Below are positions 1-10,751 of a stretch of DNA of 64,000 nucleotides, one piece after another. Position 1 is the first letter of the stretch. Each line of letters begins with the position of its first letter. The position numbers and the translations under genes were made by a program. The notes under the pieces are model-generated. The model did not search any database and was not told the DNA's origin. It saw nothing but the letters and a program-made list of their open reading frames with translations. Origin of the DNA: Thermodesulfobium acidiphilum (GTDB lineage Bacteria; Thermodesulfobiota; Thermodesulfobiia; Thermodesulfobiales; Thermodesulfobiaceae); NCBI RefSeq assembly GCF_003057965.1, contig NZ_CP020921.1:1042916-1106915 (forward strand), written 5' to 3'.

Positions 1-2253
1 TTCATATCCCTCTTTTGCAAAAAATTTCTTTGCATCCTCTGTAAGTATTAGTTTTATTTTCTTTTCATTCAATCTTTCTTGAATATCATTTAATATCAAT
101 TCAACAATTTTTTCAATATCAGATCTAGAAAGAGGCTTAAAAACTACAATCTCATCAATTCTATTTAAAAACTCCGGTCTAAAAGTAGAATTTAATAGCG
201 ATAAAACTCTATTCTTTGCCTTTTCAAATTCTTTTTCATCTTCTACATTAGAATTTAATAGTATATCAGAACCAAGATTAGATGTCATTATTATAACAGT
301 ATTCCTAAAATCAATAGTCCTACCCTTACCATCTGTTAATCTTCCATCGTCAAGAACCTGTAAAAGTATATTAAAAACATCAGGATGTGCTTTCTCTATT
401 TCATCTAAGAGTATTACAGAATATGGCCTTCTCCTAATAACTTCTGTCAGTTGACCTCCTTCTTCATAGCCTACATAACCTGGAGGAGCACCCACTAGCC
501 TCGACACAGAATGTTTCTCCATATATTCTGACATATCAATTCTTACAAGAGCATTTTCATCCTTGAATAAAAATGCAGCAAGAGCCTTGCTTAGCTCAGT
601 TTTACCCACACCAGTTGGACCAAGAAAGAGAAATGATCCTACTGGCCTTCTAGGATCCTTTAGACCTGACCTTGACCTTCGTATCGCTTCAGAAACAGCA
701 ACTACGGCCTCATCTTGACCAATAATTCTTTTATGAAGAATATTTTCCATATTAGTCAATTTGTCAACTTCTTCTTGAACAAGCTCTGTTACAGGTATGC
801 CTGTCCATTTGGAAACCAAATTTGCAATGTCTTCCTTATCTACTACTTCGTTAACTTTTTTATCAATTAACCATTTATCTCTTTTCTCCTTAAATTTTCT
901 TGAAAGAGCCTCAGATTCACTCTTTAACTTTGCTGCCAATTCGTAATCTTCTCTTTTTACAGCTTCCTGACCCTCTTGATATAATCTTGATAACTTATTT
1001 TCCATTTCTTTAAGTTCCGTAGGCATATTAGAAAGCTGAATTCTCACTTTAGCAGCAGCTTCATCAATCAAATCAATAGCTTTATCAGGCAAAAATCTAT
1101 CAGATATATATCTTTCAGATAAATGAGCAGCCGATTCAATTGCCTCATCTGTAATTTTTACCCTATGATGCGCCTCATATTTGTCCCTTAAACCCTTTAA
1201 AATAGAAATGGTATCATCTACGCTTGGTTCCTTTACAAAAACCGGTTGAAATCTTCTTTCAAGAGCAGGATCTTTCTCAATATATTTTTTATATTCATCT
1301 AGCGTAGTAGCACCTATTACCCTTAATTCACCTCTTGCAAGGGCAGGTTTAAGTAAATTTGATGCGTCAATGGCACCTTCTGCAGCGCCTGCTCCAACTA
1401 CAGTATGTAATTCATCAATGAACAAAATATAGTTTTGTGTTTTGGTTACAGAATCAATAATTGTTTTTAATCTTTCTTCAAATTCTCCTCTAAATTTAGT
1501 ACCTGCAATCAAAGCACCCATATCAAGCGCTAAAAGTTGTTTTCCCTTCAATATCTCAGGTACATCGTTTGAAGCTATCTTTTGAGCAATACCATCAACA
1601 ATAGCTGTCTTTCCAACACCGGGTTCACCAATTAGAACCGGGTTGTTTTTCGTTCTTCTGGAAAGAATCTGCATTACTCTCTCAATCTCTTCATCTCTAC
1701 CAATTACAGGATCTAACTTTCCCTCTAAAGCAAGTTGAGTTAAATTTCTTGTATACTTTTCAAGAGCTTGGTATTTCTCTTCTGCACCTGGATCTGTCAC
1801 TCTTTGAGTACCCCTTATATCTTTAAGAATTTGATAAACCTTTTCTTCTGTAATACCATACTCGTTCAAAAGGCGCGACGCTGGGCTCTCGCCTTCTTTT
1901 ACTATCGCAATCAAAACATGATCTACTCCAACAAATTCATCCTTTAACCTAATCGCTTCTTCCTCCGCTATATCTAAAACCTTCTTCAAAGAGGGAGTGA
2001 TATATATTTGTGGAGTAGAAGATGAATATTGTATTTTTGGTAATCTGTTCAAAATCGATTCTAATCTATTTTTAATATCATTTTTATTAATTCCAGCTCT
2101 TGTTAAAACTTTTCCTACAAGACCATCCTGTTGATTAAGCATCGCATACAAAAGATGCTCTACATCAAGCTGGCTGTTTTGAAATGTCATTAAAACTCTC
2201 TGTGAAGACTCTAACGAATCCCTTAACTGTTCTGTAAATTTATCTGGGTTCAT
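1..2253 (-). CDS. clpB: Clp/Hsp100 AAA+ chaperone (ClpB-like N-terminus, short ClpC-type middle domain); 3' end lies outside the window
   Basis: Absent from the ORF track because there is no stop in the window. Manual translation from ATG 2253: [11 protein letters not shown]..., [18 protein letters not shown] (Walker A1), [11 protein letters not shown] (Walker A2), [41 protein letters not shown]. Confidence 0.85.
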   Translation of the reverse strand, partial: MNPDKFTEQLRDSLESSQRVLMTFQNSQLDVEHLLYAMLNQQDGLVGKVLTRAGINKNDIKNRLESILNRLPKIQYSSSTPQIYITPSLKKVLDIAEEEAIRLKDEFVGVDHVLIAIVKEGESPASRLLNEYGITEEKVYQILKDIRGTQRVTDPGAEEKYQALEKYTRNLTQLALEGKLDPVIGRDEEIERVMQILSRRTKNNPVLIGEPGVGKTAIVDGIAQKIASNDVPEILKGKQLLALDMGALIAGTKFRGEFEERLKTIIDSVTKTQNYILFIDELHTVVGAGAAEGAIDASNLLKPALARGELRVIGATTLDEYKKYIEKDPALERRFQPVFVKEPSVDDTISILKGLRDKYEAHHRVKITDEAIESAAHLSERYISDRFLPDKAIDLIDEAAAKVRIQLSNMPTELKEMENKLSRLYQEGQEAVKREDYELAAKLKSESEALSRKFKEKRDKWLIDKKVNEVVDKEDIANLVSKWTGIPVTELVQEEVDKLTNMENILHKRIIGQDEAVVAVSEAIRRSRSGLKDPRRPVGSFLFLGPTGVGKTELSKALAAFLFKDENALVRIDMSEYMEKHSVSRLVGAPPGYVGYEEGGQLTEVIRRRPYSVILLDEIEKAHPDVFNILLQVLDDGRLTDGKGRTIDFRNTVIIMTSNLGSDILLNSNVEDEKEFEKAKNRVLSLLNSTFRPEFLNRIDEIVVFKPLSRSDIEKIVELILNDIQERLNEKKIKLILTEDAKKFFAKEGYE

Positions 2254-2572
2254 TATTTTCACCTTCTTTCTCTTGAGAAATACTTTTTAGTAAATTATTG
2301 AGCCTTGATACTTCTGACTCTAGTTCTTCTACTCTTTTTGACAATCTTAAAATAACCTCAACACCTGCAATATTTATCCCAAGATCTTTTGTAAATTCTT
2401 GAATTTTTTTTAGAACTTCTATGTCTTCATCACTAAAAACCCTCGTTTTACCATCAAGTTTTTTAGGACAAATTAACCCTAATTCTTCATATCTTCTTAT
2501 TGTCTGTGGGTGAATTGATAACATTTTTGAAACAATACTTATCGCATAAAAGCCACTAGTTTCTGGCATCAT
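2240..2572 (-). CDS. hspR: HspR-like MerR-family heat-shock repressor
   Basis: [26 protein letters not shown] helix-turn-helix and [12 protein letters not shown]; lies between cbpA and clpB. The start may be the second ATG (2569). Confidence 0.85.
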   Translation of the reverse strand: MMPETSGFYAISIVSKMLSIHPQTIRRYEELGLICPKKLDGKTRVFSDEDIEVLKKIQEFTKDLGINIAGVEVILRLSKRVEELESEVSRLNNLLKSISQEKEGENNEPR

Positions 2573-3474
2573 TTCTCACCCCTTAATTTTGCCCATTTTG
2601 TAACAATCTCTTTTTCTTCACTCGAAAGATTTTTTGGAATTTGAACATTTATATTTACAAGCAAATCTCCTCTTGTCTTGTTGTGCTTAAGCGCACCAAG
2701 TCCTTTTAATCTAAGAATAGTCCCTGATGAAGATCCAGCCGGGACCTTCACCTTCACTCTTCCTTCAGGAGTCTCTATCGGGATTTCACCACCAAGAAGA
2801 GCTGTAAACAAAGAAATGTTAGCTGAAGTCTTTATATTATCGCCTTCTATAGAAAATCGCGGATCCTTTTCAATCTTTACTTTTAGATATAGATCTCCGC
2901 CATTTTGACCCAGGCCCCTGAATCTAATCTTAGAACCTTCCTTTACTCCAGCAGGGATCTTTAATTCCACATCTTTATTAAGGTATGGCAAATTAACTCT
3001 TTTTGTAGTACCATGTAAATATTCGCTAAATGATATGGTAACCTCAGATTCCACATCTTGGCCAACATCTGCCCTAACGTTTTGTTGTTTTCCAAACAGG
3101 TCAAACGGTGAAAATCCTCTACTAGAAAAACCTCTCTTACCAGTAGAACCAAAAATGCTATTTATAAGGTCAAATATATTATCAAAATCACCGGGATTGA
3201 TATTATATTGAGTATAGAAATTGCCATTGAAATTAAAGTTCTGGCCACCTACTCCCTGAGTTGTCCATGTAGAACCCATCTGGTCGTATATTTTTCTTTT
3301 TTCAGGATTTGATAAAACTTCATGAGCTTCATTTATTTCTTTAAATTTTTCTGCATCGCCGCCCGGTAAATCAGGATGATATTTTCTGGCTAATTTTTTA
3401 TATGCCTGTTTTATTTCCTTCTCAGTAGCATTTCTATCAACTCCAAGAATCTTATAATAATCTTTATACTTCAT
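2569..3474 (-). CDS. cbpA: Class II J-domain co-chaperone (DnaJ/CbpA-type, no zinc finger)
   Basis: DYYKILGV...LARKYHPD J-domain, G/F-rich region and C-terminal DnaJ domain; no CxxCxGxG repeats. Confidence 0.9.
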   Translation of the reverse strand: MKYKDYYKILGVDRNATEKEIKQAYKKLARKYHPDLPGGDAEKFKEINEAHEVLSNPEKRKIYDQMGSTWTTQGVGGQNFNFNGNFYTQYNINPGDFDNIFDLINSIFGSTGKRGFSSRGFSPFDLFGKQQNVRADVGQDVESEVTISFSEYLHGTTKRVNLPYLNKDVELKIPAGVKEGSKIRFRGLGQNGGDLYLKVKIEKDPRFSIEGDNIKTSANISLFTALLGGEIPIETPEGRVKVKVPAGSSSGTILRLKGLGALKHNKTRGDLLVNINVQIPKNLSSEEKEIVTKWAKLRGEK

Positions 3475-4036
3475 CTAAAGTTTCGCCTTCCTTTTTAGGC
3501 GGCCGACTCACTTTAACTTTTGATGGAATTAATACCTCATTGTTATATATATACCCAGCACTCAACTCCTGGAGTATGGTGCCCTCAGGTTCATCTGATT
3601 CCTCTGTAAATACTACTTCATGATATAGAGGATTAAAAATAGTGCCTGGTTCAGCATTAATTTTTGTTATATTTTCTGATTTAAGAGCTTCATATAAATT
3701 TTTATAGACCATCTCTATTCCCTTTTTAAAATTTTCAGAATCAGAATAAGATAGTGCCCTTTCGAGTTGATCAACATTTGGCAATATCTTTGCTAAAAAA
3801 TTTCTTCTAATTTCGTTAGTTCTAAATTCTATTTCCCTCTGAGTTCTTTTCCTTAAGTTATCATAATCCGCCAAACTTCTTAAATATTTATTTTGCAAAT
3901 CATTTATTTCTTCTTGGAGTTTTTTAATAAGAGCATCTTTATCCTCAACCGGGGTTTCAACGTAATCCTTTATTTCTTCGCCTTCTTTATTTTCACCGTT
4001 TTCACCGTTAGTGTTTTCTATCTTTATTTCAGACAT
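3464..4036 (-). CDS. grpE: Nucleotide exchange factor GrpE
   Basis: [23 protein letters not shown]...[10 protein letters not shown]; lies in the dnaK operon. Confidence 0.95.
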   Translation of the reverse strand: MSEIKIENTNGENGENKEGEEIKDYVETPVEDKDALIKKLQEEINDLQNKYLRSLADYDNLRKRTQREIEFRTNEIRRNFLAKILPNVDQLERALSYSDSENFKKGIEMVYKNLYEALKSENITKINAEPGTIFNPLYHEVVFTEESDEPEGTILQELSAGYIYNNEVLIPSKVKVSRPPKKEGETLDEV

Positions 4037-4118
4037 ATTTTACCTCCTTTAATATGCCAGATTAAATTCTAGCTCTGAAAAATAAATATCTAAATAGATT
4101 TTTAAAATAATATAAACT

Positions 4119-4174
4119 GGTAGCGAGTGACATATACAGCCTTATTGGCATCCCCGCATTTGTCACTCGATACC
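4119..4174 (-). repeat. Long GC-rich intergenic hairpin between dnaK and grpE
   Basis: GGTAGCGAGTGACA (4119-4132) and TGTCACTCGATACC (4161-4174) are 13/14 complementary, with further pairing inside; no adjacent U-tract. Confidence 0.7.
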
Positions 4175-4229
4175 TTGTATTTATAAGTAACTTTTTAAGA
4201 TTTATAAAAAACTAGGAACTAAATTTTCT

Positions 4230-6137
4230 TTAATTTTCCTTTTTAAAATCAGCATCTATTACTTCACCCTCTTGTGGACCCTGTCCTGAAGAACTATCTG
4301 TTGTAGGTCCCGAAGAAGATGCCGAAGAACTACTCTTATAAATCTCCTCGCTAAGTTTATAGCTTAGTTGCTTTAGTTCATTCATCTTAGCTTCAATTTC
4401 AGACTTACTTGCATTTTTCTTGATCAAATCTCTTAACTCAGAAATTCCATTTTCTATTTTTGATTTCTCGTCTTGAGAAATTTTATCACCTATATCTTTC
4501 AAAGTCTTTTCTAAGCTATAAGCAAAGCTCTCTGCTTGATTCCTTGTATCAGCTTCTTCTTTAATTCTTCTATCTTCCTCAGCGAATTGCTCAGCTTTTT
4601 TAATCATTTCATCTATTTCTTCTTTAGATAGAGTAGAAGCACCTGTTACCGTAACTTTCTGTTCTTTACCCGTTCCAAGATCTTTTGCATGGACAGTTAA
4701 TATGCCATTTGCGTCTATGTCAAAAGTAACTTCAATCTGCGGAACACCTCTTGGTGCAGGAGGTAAACCTTCAAGTCTAAATCTTGCAAGAGTTCTGTTA
4801 TCTCTTGCCATTGCTCTTTCTCCTTGTAAAACGTGAATCTCAACTGCAGGTTGATTATCTTCAGCGGTAGTAAATATTTCACTCTTTTTAGTAGGAATAG
4901 TAGTATTTCTTTCAATCATCTTTGTAAACACTCCACCAAGTGTCTCAATTCCAAGAGAAAGAGGAGTAACATCTAACAAGACTACATCTTTTACCTCTCC
5001 TGCAAGAACAGCACCTTGAATTGCAGCACCCACAGCCACAACTTCATCTGGATTTACACCTTTATTAGGCTCTTTTCCAGTCAATCTTTTAACCAGTTCT
5101 TGAACTGCAGGCATTCTTGTAGAACCACCAACGAGAATAACCTCATCTATATCTTCAATTTTTAACTTTGCATCATCAAGAGCTTGTTTGAACGGTGCAA
5201 TACATCTCTCTGTAAGATGCCTTGTGATATCCTCAAATTTTGCTCTAGTAATACTCATTTCAAGATGTTTTGGACCTGTTTGATCTGCAGTAATAAATGG
5301 CAAGCTAATATTTGTAGAAGTCATTGAAGAAAGCTCAATTTTCGCCTTCTCTGAAGCCTCTAGAAGCCTTTGCCATGCTTGCTTATCGGCTTTTAGATCT
5401 ATTCCTTGATCCTTTCTAAATTCATCAGCCAGATAGTTTGCAAGTGCTAGATCATAATCATCTCCACCAAGGTGTGTATCGCCTGATGTGGATTTTACTT
5501 CAAAAACTCCATCTCCAACCTCTAAAATCGAAACATCAAACGTTCCACCACCTAAATCCCAAACAAGAACAGTCTCGTTTTTCTTTTTGTCTAGACCATA
5601 TGCAAGAGCTGCAGCGGTAGGCTCGTTAATAATTCTTACCACATCTAAACCTGCAATCTTACCAGCATCCTTCGTAGCCTGTCTTTGTGAATCGTTAAAA
5701 TATGCAGGAACAGTAATTACCGCCTTTGTAATCTTCACGCCCAGATAAGCCTCGGCATCTGTTTTTAATTTCATCAAAACCATAGAAGAGATTTCTTCTG
5801 GTGAAAGCTCTTTGTTTATGGCAGGAATTCTAAATCTTACTGAATCATTCGGCCCCTGGACGACCTCATAAGCCACTCTTTTCCTTTCAGCAGCAACCTC
5901 TGAAAAACGATGGCCAATGAACCTTTTAGCTGAATAAACAGTATTATCAGAATTGAGTACAGCTTGCCTCCTTGCAAGTTGACCTACTAACCTATCGCCA
6001 TTCTTTGTAAAGCCAACTACAGAAGGAGTAAGCCTACTACCCTCACTATTAGGAATAACTACAGGTTCCCCACTCTCAACTACAGCAATGACAGAATTAG
6101 TGGTACCTAAGTCGATACCGACAATCTTCTCTGACAT
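4230..6137 (-). CDS. dnaK: Molecular chaperone DnaK
   Basis: [52 protein letters not shown]. Confidence 0.99.
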   Translation of the reverse strand: MSEKIVGIDLGTTNSVIAVVESGEPVVIPNSEGSRLTPSVVGFTKNGDRLVGQLARRQAVLNSDNTVYSAKRFIGHRFSEVAAERKRVAYEVVQGPNDSVRFRIPAINKELSPEEISSMVLMKLKTDAEAYLGVKITKAVITVPAYFNDSQRQATKDAGKIAGLDVVRIINEPTAAALAYGLDKKKNETVLVWDLGGGTFDVSILEVGDGVFEVKSTSGDTHLGGDDYDLALANYLADEFRKDQGIDLKADKQAWQRLLEASEKAKIELSSMTSTNISLPFITADQTGPKHLEMSITRAKFEDITRHLTERCIAPFKQALDDAKLKIEDIDEVILVGGSTRMPAVQELVKRLTGKEPNKGVNPDEVVAVGAAIQGAVLAGEVKDVVLLDVTPLSLGIETLGGVFTKMIERNTTIPTKKSEIFTTAEDNQPAVEIHVLQGERAMARDNRTLARFRLEGLPPAPRGVPQIEVTFDIDANGILTVHAKDLGTGKEQKVTVTGASTLSKEEIDEMIKKAEQFAEEDRRIKEEADTRNQAESFAYSLEKTLKDIGDKISQDEKSKIENGISELRDLIKKNASKSEIEAKMNELKQLSYKLSEEIYKSSSSASSSGPTTDSSSGQGPQEGEVIDADFKKEN

Positions 6138-6177
6138 TATTACACCTCCAAAAAGTTTATTTTATTTTATAAAAGAG

Positions 6178-6206
6178 AATATAACATATTTATTAATATG
6201 TGTCAA
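6178..6206 (-). promoter_or_regulatory. Sigma70-type promoter of the dnaK operon
   Basis: Minus strand TTGACA-17 nt-TATATT with extended -10 TG, about 40 nt upstream of the dnaK ATG. Confidence 0.75.
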
Positions 6207-6277
6207 TAGTATTTATAATATAATACTAAATGTAATATCATCAATATATTAAATAACTTTAGCAGAATATTACATTA

Positions 6278-6329
6278 TAATAAACAGAGCGTTCCGTAAA
6301 GAATTCTTTACGGAACGCTCTGTTTATTA
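6278..6329. terminator. 52-bp perfect palindrome, probable terminator of iscS-iscU
   Basis: TAATAAACAGAGCGTTCCGTAAAGAA|TTCTTTACGGAACGCTCTGTTTATTA, just downstream of the iscU stop. Confidence 0.75.
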
Positions 6330-6341
6330 ATTCAAGAAATT

Positions 6342-6770
6342 TTATATTTTTGATTGGTGCTCTTTTATAACTTCGGCGTGTGTTCTTTCCTTCCACAATT
6401 CAAGATTATGAGATTTACGGTAATCGTTGATAGCCTTATGTATAGCTTCTTCAGCCAAGACACTACAGTGCATTTTTATAGGTGGCAAACCATCTAAAGC
6501 TTCGGCTACAGCTTTGTTTGTAATATTCCACGCCTCTTCAAGAGTTTTGCCCTTTATCAATTCGCTCGCAATACTTGAAGAAGCAATTGCTGATGCACAG
6601 CCATAAGTTTCATACTTCACGTCCTCAATAATATTGTCTTTGACTTTTATATATACTTTCATTATGTCACCACATCTGGGATTGCCTACTTCACCTATTC
6701 CATCAGCATCAGGTATTACTCCTACATTTCTTGGGTTCCTAAAGTGATCCATTACCTTTTCACTGTACAT
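6342..6770 (-). CDS. iscU: Fe-S cluster scaffold IscU/NifU
   Basis: MYSEKVMDHFRNPRNVG, GNPRCGD, TYGCASAIASSS, LPPIKMHCSVLAE. Confidence 0.95.
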   Translation of the reverse strand: MYSEKVMDHFRNPRNVGVIPDADGIGEVGNPRCGDIMKVYIKVKDNIIEDVKYETYGCASAIASSSIASELIKGKTLEEAWNITNKAVAEALDGLPPIKMHCSVLAEEAIHKAINDYRKSHNLELWKERTHAEVIKEHQSKI

Positions 6771-7960
6771 GAAGTCTTTTCCTCCTTACTAACAATTTCG
6801 CTCCACAGAGGAGACATGGACCTTCTTTTTTCTACAATTTTTGGCAATACTTCTAAAACATAATCTACATCTTTTTCTTTAGTATTTAAACCTAGAGTCA
6901 TCCTTATAGAACCATGTGCAACTTCGTGAGGTAGCCCAATGGAAAGAAGAACATGTGATGGTTCAAGAGAACCAGACGCACAAGCACTTCCTGTAGAAAC
7001 AAAAACTCCTGCATCTTCTAAATCGAAAAGTAGGGTTTCGCCTTCAACGCCAAGAAAACTAATATTCACGTTGTTAGGTAATCTCAAATCTCCTACCGGA
7101 CCATTTAGTTTCGTATTTGGAATCTCATCTAAAATGCCATTAATCAATCTATCTCTTAAAGTAGTCAAACGCTTAATCTCAAAATCTTGTTCACTTTGTG
7201 CAATTTCAATAGCTTTACCTAAACCAATAATTCCTGGAACATTTTCCGTGCCCGATCTTTTGCCCTTTTCCTGAGAACCGCCATGAATAAGATTTTCAAT
7301 TTTTACACCCCTTTTTATATAAAGTACCCCTACACCCTTTGGACCATAAAACTTATGACCAGACATAGACAGCAAGTCAATATTCATTAATTTGACATCT
7401 ATTGGCAAATGCCCAACTGCCTGAACTGCATCAGTATGAAAATATATACCCTCTTCTCTGCAAATTTTTCCAATTTCTGATATTGGCTCAATCGTACCAA
7501 TTTCGTTGTTTGCAAACATTATTGAAACCAATATAGTCTTCTCAGTAATAGCATTTTTCAGATCTTCTATGTTTATAAAGCCTTCAGAGTCGACAGGTAA
7601 GTATGTCACAGAAAATCCATTCTTCTCAAGAAACTTACTTGCATTTAGTATTGCATGATGTTCAATCTGTGACGTGATAATATGATTTCCCCTGGCTCTA
7701 TTAGCAAATGCTATGCCCTTAATAGCCCAATTGTCGCTTTCAGAACCACCAGATGTAAAATAAACCTCGTTCTCATCCGAGTTTATAACTTTTGCTACTC
7801 TCTATCGCGCAAGCTTGATAGCACTTTTGTTAATCTCAGAAAAAGAATACAAGGAAGATGGGTTCGCGAAATTTTCCTTGAAATAAAGCATCATCTCATC
7901 TAAAACACCTTGCCTTACAAAAGTAGTAGCAGCATAATCCATATATATAGATCTCTTCAT
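6752..7960 (-). pseudogene. iscS: Cysteine desulfurase IscS/NifS with an in-frame TAG at codon 53
   Basis: AAGGAGG RBS and ATG 7960: MKRSIYMDYAATT...ANPSS...KLAR*RVAKVI...FTSGGSES...IEHHA, in frame with the track ORF (SGHKFYGPKG, GSACASG). The TAG is at 7802-7804. Confidence 0.9.
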
Positions 7961-8020
7961 CTTAAATCCTCCTTAAATTACATTTTTAATAATATACAAT
8001 TACTTAAAATTTTCACGAAT

Positions 8021-8079
8021 AAAGTTTACTAATTTACTCAACTATTATTTTATAATAATTTATTATTTTAGTCAACTAT
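8021..8079 (-). promoter_or_regulatory. Two IscR type-1-like (Rrf2) operators overlapping a putative iscS promoter
   Basis: Minus strand ATAGTTGACTAAAATAATAAATTAT (8079-8055) and ATAGTTGAGTAAATTAGTAAACTTT (8045-8021) resemble the IscR type-1 box ATASYYGACTRwwwYAGTCRRSTAT; TTGACT-17-TAAAAT is embedded. Confidence 0.6.
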
Positions 8080-9773
8080 TAAATTTTAAAGTTTGATTTG
8101 TCTGTCTTAAAAATCCTGCCCTCTTGAATAACCAGAAGATAATCAGAATATCTTAAGTTCTCAGGCCTATGGGTAGTATAAATAATAGTCTTATCGTGAA
8201 ATCTATTCATAATATTCTCAAATAAGTCTTTTTGTGTGTTTATGTCGATTGCCGATGTGGCCTCATCAAAGATAAAAACTCCTGCATTTGTAAGCAAGGC
8301 TCTCGCAAGAGATATTCTTTGTCTTTGCCCCTCAGAAAGCATATATCCCCTCTCCCCCACATGAGTGTGGATTCCATCTGGCAAGTTTTTTACAAAATCA
8401 TCTAAACATACAATTTTTAAAATCTCATCTATATCGCAATTTGATTTATCAAAATTCGAATATTTTATATTTTCAAGAATCGTTCCATTAAACAATATTG
8501 GTCTTTGTCCAACCAAACAAATGCTGTCTCTGAGTGAACTCAGTTTGAATTCCTTTATATCTTTGTCATTTATGAGTATGTCACCCATAGTGGGCTCATT
8601 AAAGCGAACCAACAAAGAGGCGATTGTAGTCTTACCAGATCCAGACTTGCCAACCAAAGCAACCTTATCAGAACGAAAAATTTTAAAATTTGCGTCTTTA
8701 ATTAACAGATTATTAGATTCATACAAAAAGTTGACATTTTTGAACTCAATACAGTTAATTATGTTATCTTTTATACATTCATGTCCATCAACTATTAGTT
8801 CGTTTTCATTTAGGAGAGATAGAACTCTTTTTATACCAGCCCTCGATTCATAATAAAGGCTAATGCTCTGAGAAATGCTGTTAATAGGTCCATACAAGGA
8901 TTCTAAATAAGAAATAAAAATTATCAAGTCTCCAATGGTCAAATCATTTGACAAAACCTGTTTTACCCCAAACCACAATATCACTGCAGTACCCAGAGCG
9001 ATTAATACGTTTACAACCCAGGCATGAATAGTTTCAAAAATATTAAGTTGGAGATTTAGACTAAGCGCGTCGCTGCTGGAGGTTTGAAATTTTTTGTGCT
9101 CAGAATCCTCCATATTAAAAATTCTCACGATAGACATGTTGTTTAAGAAATACTCCACAGTAGACAACAGCTTGCTCTCTTTTTCCCTCAATTTATTTGA
9201 AACTTTAAAAATAGCATTATTTAGAAAAGAGATAGACAAAAACAAAACAGGGATAGTAAGGAAGAATACAAATAAAAGCTTTTGATTTATTTGAAATATC
9301 ACAACAAATATTCCAAAGAGAAGAATTATTGAAGAAATCAAAGGAAAAATTATTTTTGTCGCTATAACCTGAATTGACTGAGTGTCATTTATAGTTCTAT
9401 ATATTATGTCACCTGATGATTTTTTATTAAAATATGATATCTGAATTTTCTGTAATTTTCTATAAATATCCATCCTGAAATCGGTCAATATTGCGTTTCC
9501 AAAATATATTTTAGATATATTATTCAGCAGTACAAACGCGCCTAACAGAAAATATATTAATACAAATGACGCACAAAGAATAAATAGTTGAATATCGAAA
9601 GGCAGGTGCCCCACAGCGCTAAAAGGCAGATTTTTCTTTTCAATTAGATAATCAAATGCAAATTTTACAGGCCAGGGCTTAAGAAGTTGAAATAGTTGGA
9701 TAAAAAGAATCTGAAATAGTATAAAAAACGTAATTTTTTTATAACGAAAGAAATACCTAAAAATACCTTTCAT
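8079..9773 (-). CDS. ABC exporter (fused TMD and NBD), probable RiPP exporter
   Basis: N-terminal transmembrane domain, GKSGSGKT Walker A, LSEGQRQRISLAR signature, FIFDEATS Walker B; no C39 peptidase domain; starts 11 nt after the ATP-grasp stop. Confidence 0.9.
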   Translation of the reverse strand: MKGIFRYFFRYKKITFFILFQILFIQLFQLLKPWPVKFAFDYLIEKKNLPFSAVGHLPFDIQLFILCASFVLIYFLLGAFVLLNNISKIYFGNAILTDFRMDIYRKLQKIQISYFNKKSSGDIIYRTINDTQSIQVIATKIIFPLISSIILLFGIFVVIFQINQKLLFVFFLTIPVLFLSISFLNNAIFKVSNKLREKESKLLSTVEYFLNNMSIVRIFNMEDSEHKKFQTSSSDALSLNLQLNIFETIHAWVVNVLIALGTAVILWFGVKQVLSNDLTIGDLIIFISYLESLYGPINSISQSISLYYESRAGIKRVLSLLNENELIVDGHECIKDNIINCIEFKNVNFLYESNNLLIKDANFKIFRSDKVALVGKSGSGKTTIASLLVRFNEPTMGDILINDKDIKEFKLSSLRDSICLVGQRPILFNGTILENIKYSNFDKSNCDIDEILKIVCLDDFVKNLPDGIHTHVGERGYMLSEGQRQRISLARALLTNAGVFIFDEATSAIDINTQKDLFENIMNRFHDKTIIYTTHRPENLRYSDYLLVIQEGRIFKTDKSNFKI

Positions 9774-9784
9774 TCTATATAAAG

Positions 9785-10735
9785 TTAATATCTTAAAAAT
9801 GGAATGGCATAAAGAGGCGTATCGGGTGAAATTTCATTAATAACTTTATCCAATAGTTTAAGCTTTCTCTCAGAATCTAACCATGCCCATTGCCCATTTG
9901 GGTTTATCTCCAAAAAATAGTACTTATCATCGCTATATAGAAAGTCAAACCTTCCAAAGTGAAGTTTTAGCTCTCTCATAAAATGAAAAATAGAATCCCT
10001 TACACAGTCTGGCAGAATGTGTGGCAACCACATATCAGTAGTAGTATCAACCGATAACTCTCTCCAGTCAATCGTTTTGTCAAGAAAAGAAGTTCTATCA
10101 AGTTCAAAAGCAAATATTTCATCCCTTACAAATACTACCGTAATGTCCTTCTGAGAGTGAACATAATCCTGAATAAACCATGGACAATTGACATCTAACT
10201 CATTTTGATTCACTTTAGTAGCGAAAATTACCGACCCATCCTCAGAAATTGGCTCAGAGGTTAGGCTCTTAATAATAGTATCACCTTCTGTATTGAGTTT
10301 CTTATCAAAACCATATCTAAAAATATATTTAGGCACATTAAAGAACTTTTTAGCACATTTTAGTTGAACAAATTTTCCCACTCTATAATCCACCAGGGGC
10401 TCAGTTAAAACAATTTTATTTTCAGACCATAAAAGATTGATTATCTCTCTCATGACATACCATACTTCTATTTCATAGTAGGCATCTTCCGGAGATAGAA
10501 TTTCTTCAGGAAAGAGATCTCTTATTTTGGAAGGCTTTCTCCAAAGAACCTTTCTAATATCTTTATTGGTGATATATCTACCAGTAAGGTCCTCAATCTT
10601 AAATGAATCTTCATCTATAGATATTTTATAATCTTTAAAAATATCAGTATTAAATCTAAATACCTTATCCTCGCCAATATAATATACTAAAAGATCTACA
10701 GTCGTATCATATGTAGTAGAAAATATAAATAACAA
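9785..10735 (-). CDS. Graspetide-type ATP-grasp peptide ligase (MvdC/MvdD/RimK-like)
   Basis: KFVQLKCAK, IIKSL, PWFIQDYV, IDWR, FGRFDF, YFLEINPNGQWAWLD. Probable start is TTG 10735 behind AAGGGGG (the track uses 10768). Confidence 0.85.
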   Translation of the reverse strand: MLFIFSTTYDTTVDLLVYYIGEDKVFRFNTDIFKDYKISIDEDSFKIEDLTGRYITNKDIRKVLWRKPSKIRDLFPEEILSPEDAYYEIEVWYVMREIINLLWSENKIVLTEPLVDYRVGKFVQLKCAKKFFNVPKYIFRYGFDKKLNTEGDTIIKSLTSEPISEDGSVIFATKVNQNELDVNCPWFIQDYVHSQKDITVVFVRDEIFAFELDRTSFLDKTIDWRELSVDTTTDMWLPHILPDCVRDSIFHFMRELKLHFGRFDFLYSDDKYYFLEINPNGQWAWLDSERKLKLLDKVINEISPDTPLYAIPFLRY

Positions 10736-10751
10736 GTAATCCCCCTTAAAG

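Noticed and set aside
7682-7903. 73-aa plus-strand ORF in the apparent gap before the iscS fragment
   Set aside because: The region is the 5' part of iscS on the minus strand.
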